From: Laetmonice hystrix | Lineage: Eukaryota | Assembly (NCBI GenBank): GCA_965235115.1 | Contig: OZ249439.1 | Location: 13,764,001 to 13,828,000 of the forward strand | Reading direction: 5' to 3' | Length of the DNA stretch: 64,000 bases | In this document: piece by piece, positions 54,313-64,000 of the stretch | How the letters are laid out: every line of letters begins with the position of its first letter | Position numbering within the stretch: the first letter of the stretch is position 1 | Translations under genes and position numbers: made by a program | The notes under the pieces: model-generated | Databases searched by the model: none | Told to the model about the DNA's origin: nothing | What the model saw: the letters and a program-made list of their open reading frames with translations, nothing else

Positions 54313-57300
54313 CTATATGAACACATACGGATGCAGTGTTTATACCGACAATTTCTTGGCAGATTGTAGTTACCATATACAATGGGGCATCGTCAGGAAA
54401 CGGCCCCAAAAATTCAATTCCTCCTTACGAATCCATAATCCGTTCATTATTGCTGAAACCACGAATGGGTTCCTTCTTCCACGTGCCCAGCTAAAATCCC
54501 CTGCCAGAACTTGAGATCCTTCTGTTGCTGTCTACAATACATAATCACTATACCTAGTAATTATAATTAGTGTCACACAAAACAAACAATGCGCCTTGAG
54601 ATAAGTCCTACCTGAGCTTACTGAGTAGGTCGCTCCTACATTGTACACTAATGGTTATAAATGAAAAGGACAAAGGGCAAATCTCCCTGCGCCATTTCTA
54701 ATCAGTGCTCTAAGGGTCTCGAACAGTGGAAGACTGCACAGTTACCGCGGTCTATCTCTCCTCATCACCTTCAGTGTCCATACACATTCTAGTCAGTTGA
54801 CCTTTTCCCACCATACCGAGGAATTTGCGAGGAATCAGTTCACGACATTAGTTATAAACAGGCACGCGAATCAAGCTCCAAGGTGTGGGAGATTTCCACA
54901 CACAAGTAAATTCCTGTCCTCCGGAAGTTCCTATTGTGAGACAACTAATTTCAATGATAAACGATCAGTTTTGAACATCATCAGGTCTGCGCGCGAGATC
55001 ATACTGAATTATTGAATATTCAAACCGCGGAAAATAGTCTGTCATAAATTGTTGTTGTTCGGTATGAGCGTGTGAAAACGCTTTCCTTATAATACGAGCA
55101 ATAAATCTGGATAGTCTGCGACACTGGGCGTGGTGAGAGCGGTTGAGGCATCAACCGCGGCCTGCAATAGACGGAAAATGTGGATACGATGAAATTGAAG
55201 TGAGTCTTTGAAGACTGGAATTGGCCAACCCGTTGCTGTGCCACCGGTCTAGTACACTGACTGTAGAGGTGGAGGTGAATGCGAACACTGTCCGTCCATG
55301 TCCATGTGGAGCGGGAGAACACTCCAGCCATGGAGATTGTTGATGGACCCCCCCCCCCCCCGACATCACCCCCCCCCCCCCCCCCACCTATACCGGCGGC
55401 AGGACAAGCGCTGCATGACTGCGGGATACATTGAGTAAACTTAAATCTTTGTATTTTTGTCACATGCTTCTCATTAAAAAATTTTAATGGATACCTGAAA
55501 TAGTCTGCAATATATAATGCAGGAAAACGGGCCATTACAAATATGCGGATAACAATTTTAAGGCCATGGGTGGAAACTACGGGGAGGGACCGTTAGTCTG
55601 ACAGCTCAGTGGTCTGATAGACCAATCCCCTTTAGTTTAGGGTCAGTTATATTTAGTTTTTCTTTAGGTGAGCTGTCGGACAATTGAGCTGTCGGACTAA
55701 AGAAGCTAGAGCAAAACTACAATCCTATTTTCGGATTGTAATACTTTACGACATCCCCATTCTAACATCTGTGGCACTTCAAAAAACGTAGGCCTAGGTT
55801 TGAAATTGGTAAGTAACACGGGTGCAGTACCATAAAAAAGTGTCTTTGTCTGGCTGTGCTGCTGAGAGGCCATGTGTGGGACAGAATGCCCCCACAGACA
55901 GAAGGCCAGGACAGAAGGACCACACAGACCAATTTTGCTTTGAGCCCCGCGAGCTCTGTTTTGCCCTCCTGTACAGTCACTCTCGACGCCACCTTTTTAG
56001 TATGAGGTGTTTTTGGTAACAAAATCCGCTAAGCTGGTAAAAAAGGCGGTCAGCCACTTCTAATCAATTGATGTATATGAGTGAACAGCAGGCTGGTCAT
56101 AGGGCGTCAAGTGACTTTCCGACTGATACGTGACCCAGCCGTGTCATTCTGTTTCAGCCTTCCGAATGATCAGAATACCTAAACCATCTCTTTCCCCAAA
56201 TACATGATTGTGTCTAACACATGGCTTCATAAGGTCTGTTTATTCGCTGGATCAGGCCTGTGGGTATGTCTCATGTTGGTTGATGGACGGCACATCAGAT
56301 GTCACTGCTGTGTCCCCTGAACAATGTCTAGGGGACCCAAGGGACCCTTTGTAACATTGATCACTGAGCGTCCATGTGGAACGATTCCCAGGCTGGAGGA
56401 GCACTCGCTCTGAATGCGTAAAATTGGCATTCAAACAACATCCTCTATACGTGTGGCCAGTCATCACAGACCCCGACTGATTCAATGACAGTACACAGCT
56501 AAGGATTCAAACGCTGCGCCAGAAAGGGCAAATCAGATAGAATATGGATTTTTGTAACCAAGGGGTCGAGTAGGCTAAGGAATCTATCATAAGGCCTGTT
56601 GAAAACGTCAAAAGGCCTCGGTGCACAGCCATGAAAAGAAGCTGTACAGTGAGCTATGTATAGTAAGTAACACAGAGCGTCATTATCCACAAACTGACAG
56701 ACCCCAGGATTAGTCATGAGGACAGTTATATAGCGTTTTCAAACACATTCTGGTAATTAACATCTATTTGAAAGACTTGACCCCCCCACCCCCGATACAC
56801 ACGCAAATTTGTGTCTCATTGGGAATTTTTCTTTTTTGCACCAACAAAGTCAGAGTTGTTTATTGATTACGCCTATTTCCCCAATCCTGCTCTCTCTCTC
56901 TCTCTCTCTACTTGTCCCTCTCTCCCTCTCTCGCTGTCCCTCTCCTTCAGTTTTTAATTGCCATCTGTTCTAGCTATCATAAATATGTTCTAAGTTTTGT
57001 GGGGCAGAACAAACGGAACAAACAGAAGAAGAAAAAAAAGAAGAAAAAAACATATTATATATAAAATCACGTCCTTTTGAAGAGGCATCGATTTGGTTCA
57101 CAAAGGACATGATCTTTCTGAAGAACTGTCTGCGCTGTATTCTTAGCTGCCTTTCTATGTTCAATCTACTCCACGGCGCACTCGCTGACGTCCTGTGATT
57201 ATGACGTCACTAAAGCGGCGCGTCTTTGACTCCAAGCAAACAAAAGAATTGCTTCCCCAGTACTCCATATATCCGATATACACACTGTAGAACACCACGT

Positions 57301-57967
57301 ACCTCCTCAAAGAACAAAGGGCGTACACCAAGGAGTACGATAGCAAGTCTAAAGTACACGATTCTTCTGTACATTGTGGTTCGCCCCCTCTAAATCAGTG
57401 CACCAGAATGGCCGCTAAAGTTGTTTAAATACAAAATACGGGAATTGAAATTGACCGACTTATTCACTTTCTACAGTTGCTTCAACCATCCCATGATATT
57501 CTGATTGTATAACGTGATTGGTTACCTGTGTCTGTGATGGAGAACTGCATGACGTCATACGTTACGTTCACACCTGGCCGCAACAGGTAGACAATCCACC
57601 CACTCTTCATCTCACCTGAAACAGGTACACACCAACATCACATCAGTCTCAGATATAATCTTCTGTAAAGTACCTTTAGTATCAATCAATGACATGAAAA
57701 ATAAAATATACCATGCAGCCGAGCAAACCGATACTTTGGTGAGAATGACATGTAGGCGGCAAGCGATCTCCAACTATTGAATGCTTCTATCTTGCAAATA
57801 TATTTCAGGTTTTGTAAACCAAATAATTTAGTTTGAAGATATAATCCTTAAGAAGCAACATGTGTATGCATAATAATTTAAGCACCAAATTGTAAAGGTC
57901 GCCGAGTCGAGATGAAAATTCTACTTTAACCAGCTCACTGACGGCTTGCTCGTTTTCTCATCAGACC

Positions 57968-58111
57968 TCCACACAAAACGGGCATACAAACTGTTAGACG
58001 AGCAAGTGAGAGCTTCCACACAAAACGGGCATACAAACTGTTAGACGAGCAAGTGAGAGCTTCCACACAAAACGGGCATACAAACTGTTAGACGAGCAAG
58101 TGAGAGCTTCC
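57968..58111. repeat. 47-bp tandem triplication
   Basis: tccacacaaaacgggcatacaaactgttagacgagcaagtgagagct x3, essentially identical. Confidence 0.95.
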
Positions 58112-58831
58112 GAATTGGAACCTTTTATTGGCTGTAGAATGAGAGTCTCGAGTCATTAGATTTAAGCTCAAAAGCGGAAAATGATTCTGAGAGACATTTG
58201 AAAAAGCAGTTATCTCGAATTTGAAAAGCGTCTTTCAATCAGCGAGTTCCTTGAATTCTTCTTCCGCGGAGTTGGGACAATCTGCTGGTTAGACGGAAGG
58301 GGTGGAGTGGAATGAAGGCCCTCGTAGGAACACTCATCACTACGAATACTGACAGGAAAATCTTTATTTTAAGGACACGAAACCCAAACGTCATTTCCAG
58401 ATGCTCTGTTGGTATCAGCTCGTCGTCTGATAGCCTTAATTATTTCTATCTGTGTGTATGTGATAGTGACAACAGGAGCTCTCACGGGCAGTAGTAGTCT
58501 GAAATCAGATTCGGCCTCAGTGGGCGGTTGTTAGACATCATACAGATTATTTCATTGAGGCAAAAAATTGATGTCGCATAATACAGTAGGCAGTAGAGAA
58601 CGCCCCGATCTCAATATGACACGAGGAATATTTGCATTGCACACGTGACGTTATAGAGTCTCTGATTCTAAGACGACTGCTGGTGTTTGAATAACTGGCA
58701 CATCGAAATGGACGCTGACGGTGAAAATCTGTCTCCAACAGGATGTATCCGATGACGGTAGAAATAAGGTCCACCCGCTTCGGTTCCTGATGCAAATAAA
58801 AATGTAGTGTCGTCAACAATATCAGTGATAC

Positions 58832-58877
58832 CTTCACAAACGGACAGAGATAAAACGACGCTGACAACTGTTCCCAT
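58832..58877 (-). CDS. Candidate signal-peptide exon
   Basis: Acceptor tatctttcag at 58903, gtcgccATGG context, MGTVVSVVLSLSVCE-G|gtatca (phase 1). The ATG context is also an RFX X-box-like motif, so the match may be coincidental. Confidence 0.3.
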
Positions 58878-60306
58878 GGCGACAAGAGGTATTGGGATGA
58901 CCCTGAAAGATACACCACATTACCACATGAGAGGGTTCTCTCCTCAAAGCCACATTTCAAGAGCCTTCGTCTCACAAGCAGTTAAAGGGTGTTTCAGACT
59001 TTTCCACAGGCAGGGAATCTGTCAGACGAAGAAGGCCCAGGAGTGAAGAGAAGTGGAATGTCATTGAGGTCCGGCTGGCCACAGGAGTATTCAGGTCTCT
59101 CGACATCTATGAACCGATCAGCCGAATTCAAACTGGGACAACACTGGGGACCAAGGATTATTGAACGGACCTAAAGGCACAGCGGAAAAGAAACAACGAA
59201 AATGGTCTGAATATTCACAATTGCCAACGAAACACCGGATTCACAACTGTAGACAACCGCCATCTATCTCTGACTGATGCGCAACCACATATATCTGCCT
59301 CCGATAGGATCTATCCAGTCCAGGATAGGATACCAGACCAATGTCATGATAATGTGAGCAGCAAACACAGAGTTTAATACACAATAGCTGACAGAGACAC
59401 AACGCAAGTACTATATAATATAACCTTTGCAGTTGGTCTCAATGGTCCATCAGTCTGGCCCGTATGTGTGGTGAACTTAAAAACAGCCTGAACCTCAACT
59501 GAACGTTGCATGTCTGTCTCTCGCTTCCGGTTTCTACCCACGTGAAGAGTGAAGAGGGCCCCGACGGGCTGCGGCTGTGGGCGCCATGTCTGAGGTCCTT
59601 GTCACGTGGCAGCTCACAACGACGTCTGGCTGCGGCCGACGTCAGCTCCCACAGCGGCCCACAATACACCGCGGTACACAGCCTTGCTTGGATTCGTCTG
59701 CTGCACAATCGATCAGTCACATGACACGCCTCAGCTGCCAACGGGACCCAGACACACGGACCATCGTTGCTATGTCATACAGAGGGCCTGTTTTTCATTA
59801 AAGTAAGATCCCTTATTGGCATTCTACTCAAGACTTCATTAACTCTTAGTTTAAAATGTTTGTCAACTTCCTGACCATGTAAATATACAAAAATATGGAT
59901 CGCCAATCATCCATCAACCTCGCCAATGGTATAATATAATTACTGGATCATACAATATGGGCCATGCCGGAAATATGAGAGTGGTCCTGTCGCTATCCCA
60001 CTTGCGTTTTGCCTGGTGAAGTATCAACGCCACAAACAGTGTTTTACAAAAGTGAACCTGATCAAAAACAGCCGGTGCCATTATCAGCGTCAGGGCGTGT
60101 GATCGTATCTATGCCGGAGTTGAGGTCGACTCCACCATTTAAACGGTCCCACCGCTACGGGAACTCGCAGGAGGATAGCTCGAACCTCCCAGCCCACATT
60201 CTCCAACCAGAAGTAAGATGTGCACAGACTAAGAACCGCACATATTGCCTGCAGGGAACACCTTTGTATCTGAACAACGGTTCGGGAAGCAAAGGCTGAA
60301 GAGACG

Positions 60307-60697
60307 AGGAAGAGTTTTAACGATGGACATGAGAAGGCAGGGAGAGTTCTAACGATGGACATGAGAAGGCAGGAAGAGTTCTAACGATGGACATGAGAAG
60401 GCAGGAAGAGTTCTAACGATGGACATGAGAAGGCAGGAAGAGTTCCAACAATGGACATGAGAAGGCAGGAAGAGTTCCAACAATGGACATGAGAAGGCAG
60501 GAAGAGTTCCAACAATGGACATGAGAAGGCAGGAAGAGTTCCAACAATGGACATGAGAAGGCAGGAAGACTTCTAACGATGGACATGAGAAGGCAGGAAG
60601 AGTTCCAACAATGGACATAAGAAGGCAGGAAGACTTCTAACGATGGACATGAGAAGGCAGGAAGACTTCTAACGATGGACATAAGAAGGCAGGAAGA
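60307..60697. repeat. 32-bp minisatellite (~12 copies)
   Basis: Unit aggaagagtt(c)(t/c)aac(g/a)atggacatgagaaggc. Confidence 0.95.
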
Positions 60698-62553
60698 AGC
60701 GGCTGCGCTGGAAGGTAACACACTGTTTTTGTGTCCTTCACGTCGGAGCATCGAGCTATTCTAAAATACAGCCAATGAAACCAATCACATGGTTCGATAC
60801 GCGACAGCCTCTCAGTAAAATTATACACTAATATTAGCTTAAAGAGACTTCTCTCTACAAGAGAAATGTTGAAACACGGCCGATAGTAGTCGTACTAAGT
60901 TGCTGACATTTTGAAATGCTGCGTGAAGCTTTCTGTTGCTTGTGACATTATTTATATATTTGGTATCATATTCTGAGCTAATGTTATTAGTAGTTCATCA
61001 TTTTTTAGTGATTATCTCTTCGTCAGCAGTTATTTCTTTGAAACACCACCAACAACAATTGCGGGAACTAATGCAGGCTTCCAGGAAAAATTAAACGAAG
61101 CAGTTGACGGGCAAAGGTTAAGAGTCTGTCGTGGTGTTGTTTGGCACGGCGGACGACGAGTATAGGTGGTCGGCTGTTTGTCATGACAACGCATCTATTG
61201 GCCTCGGTCTGGCTCGTTATGGTCACGCCCCACAGCCATGGCCGGCCAGCCAATCAGGTGACCTCAGCTCGCAAGGTCCCGGCGGCCACGACTCGTTATT
61301 GACATGGCGACCAGAGGAGCCCACCAAGAGATACTGTGATTAATTGAGAACCTTGGCCCCTCCGACCGTCCATACGTGGGCCATTGATTGCCTTTGTGCT
61401 CGGAACCATCTGTATACCTTTCTAGACCTTTGTCTGGGCGACCCCTTGCAGCCCTACAGATCGCATCCTGGGTACAGATTACACTTCCAACCAGAAGTCT
61501 GCCTGGAGGGAAATGATCAGACTGATTCCCTCCCATCCCTTCCGCCAGATAACAAAGTTGTGGCGGGCAGACTTAGAAAGACTGCAGATGTTTAATAAGC
61601 TCTAGCTATCCCCCAGCCACAAAGGTCAGCGTCGTAACGACAGCTACCACATTAGCCTTAACTTACATCAATTTGTTAGAGACCCTGTTCCTTCCTATCA
61701 GAGGCTACGAGCAGTGAACCGCATACGGAGAACAACATTGCCTCAAGGAGCAGATCAAGTTCAAGCAAACACTGCAGAATTACCCCATAATGAAGCTCTC
61801 CCCGACGGAAGCCAGAATCGGAGACTCAAGTTAATCACTAAAAACCAATACCTCCAGAACTCCGGGGTTTCATTCAATTCAAGAGAAGAACATGAACCTG
61901 ACGTGTCCAATCACCTTTTCCTTTACGTGTATGGGCCCCCAGGGTTGGATCAACTTGAAGAAGACTTGTGTTTAAAGAGAAGAAGCTTGAGAAGGTAGAG
62001 AAACATGGGATAAAAGCGTATGGATTGAGACTGGATTGACCCTGCAAAGTTCTTGAACATTAGAAGGACATGTTCTTGGCACGCCTCTGTTTGGTGGAGG
62101 CCCTGGTTAGGAGGGGTCAGAGACATGTATCGGGTATTGTCTTGGACAGATACAACCGTAGAAAGAAGGTTATAAATGGAGTTTTTGTCAGTCAGTCTAA
62201 ATTCCTGCGTTGCCGGGCATCAGTGGATGTGTAAGACAGGCACTGCTCCATCGACATCTGAAACATTTTACGTCTGTACAGCTCTGACCTGAAACTATGG
62301 AGGTTTCGGGGGGGGGGGGGGGGAGATCACGATGTAATTAAATAGATCTCTACACGCAATACCCATTCGTGATGCCAAACCTTTGGTAAATTATCCTTAT
62401 GTTCCTCGACTAAAACATGTAATACCAGGAAGGGATCGTGCATAGTGATACGACGCGGTTATTTCCTGGTGCAATCAGGCACTGTAATGATCCACGTTTA
62501 CTTTTCTCTCTGGTAAATCATATACATTGTACGTGGCAAACCTACATCCTGGC

Positions 62554-62975
62554 TCCATGTTTGGTGTGGTACTTTTCTATACAAGACAAACGGCAGGAAC
62601 AGAGGGTCCATGTTTGGTGAGGTACTTTTCTATACAAAACAAACGGCAGGAAGAGGGAGTCCATGTTTGGTGCGGTACTTTTCTAGACAAGACAAACGGC
62701 AGGAAGAGGGAGTCCATGTTTGGTGTGGTACTTTTCTATACAAGACAAACGGCAGGAAGAGGGAGTCCATGTTTGGTGCGGTACTTTTCTATACAAGACA
62801 AACGGCAGGAAGAGGGAGTCCATGTTTGGTGTGGTACTTTTCTAGACAAGACAAACGGTAGGAAGAGGGAGTCCATGTTTGGTGTGGTACTTTTCTATAC
62901 AAGACAAACGGCAGGAAGAGGGAGTCCATGTTTGGTGTGGTACTTTTCTATACAAGACAAACGGCAGGAAGAGGG
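62554..62975. repeat. 53-bp minisatellite (8 copies)
   Basis: Unit tccatgtttggtgtggtacttttctatacaagacaaacggcaggaagagggag. Unrelated to the 53-bp unit at 42560. Confidence 0.96.
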
Positions 62976-64000
62976 TGTGTTTCTGGTGACAAGGCATACA
63001 GGTGTTAATCCGGTTGGGAGGTCTTACCCGTCAGTGGGGAGGTCAATTATATCTACGTTTCCGGCGTGAGATCCCTTCACCCTCCAGCCAACCATTGTCT
63101 GCTTGAAGACCTACTTCTCCAGAACTCGTCACCAGACAATCAATTCGAAGGACGCCATTCTGTGCCATTCTTCCTTTAGACACAATTGACACTTTCTGTG
63201 GCGTCCTTTTGTAAAGCAATGAGCCTTTTGCGTCGAGGTCTTTTCAGACTGTAAGAAATCTTTTTATAATGTCGTGTAGCGAGACACTTTGAGTCATATC
63301 TGTTTTAGACAATGAAGCTCTGTGTCGCGTGGCTTTCTTTTCCTATACCAAAGTATGTGTGCAGCTAAGCTAGACATGTTGCCATTGTCCAGCAAATCTT
63401 TTAGAGTTATACATGGGCCAACCCGTGACTTCAAACATTTTTCTTGACACCTTTTCCATAGTTCATCCGAAGCCAGCTTACAGAAGCAGTTTTAGCTATT
63501 TTAAAACCTTTTTTCAGTCGGGGACACTGAAAATGAAGGCAATATAAGTGTGTTATATTAGCATGTTTCACGGACTTGCTGTGACACTTTCAATAAGCCT
63601 AGCGAAGAATGCACCCCGCCGGAGATTGCCAATACCAGCCCACCACCACCGACATACAATCAGGCCATTAGCAGTTTGCATGGAATCTCGTATGTCGACG
63701 CAGCTTGGATTCCGCCGGCTTCCACACAGCCGGTAGACATGCGCGCTTTTTACACTTATTGGTTTTGAGCGAAGCATCATTTGATCATCAAAGTAAGGCG
63801 AATCGCCCGGCCTGTGTGTGTGTGTGTTGTACCAACGGCCTCCGGCGTGGGGCCTCCCGGTAGGCTCCACACAGCCGAGGCCTTCCAGGGCCTTGGACGA
63901 CATACTGTCCGCCATTCCACCTCATCAATAATCAATCTTACTAAATTCATCCGTCACTTTTTTCCTATTAAGCATTCTCTTTAAGTTCATTAATATCTCC

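Noticed and set aside
63568-63915. 115-aa ORF with faint piggyBac-like DDQM...KP...LCG pattern
   Set aside because: Similarity is too weak, the ORF includes a (TG)n-derived segment, and no TTAA/TIR was found.

Overview
Eukaryotic (marine invertebrate-like) genomic DNA with one 165-N gap. Three layers are visible. (1) A complete, apparently very young BEL/Pao LTR retrotransposon on the minus strand (3012-11313): identical 542-bp LTRs, TTAAC target-site duplication, one intact 1974-aa Gag-Pol ORF, and no canonical TGG primer-binding site. (2) A FREM2/FREM3/ECM3-like basement-membrane protein gene on the minus strand. 22 GT-AG exons (46146 down to 24736) splice into one continuous frame of about 1457 aa: five Calx-beta repeats, the conserved C-terminal region, a TM helix and a PDZ-binding tail. 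The large CSPG-repeat exon expected upstream is not found in the window. (3) Eleven unrelated minisatellite arrays, short CAG-terminated TIR elements with 5-bp TSDs, and a Harbinger transposase relic. The most unusual observation is a 66-bp minisatellite built from an intron/exon junction of the FREM-like gene. It places 11 near-identical 3' splice sites in tandem, and only the most downstream one keeps the reading frame. All exon calls, alignments and counts were made by eye, without database searches.
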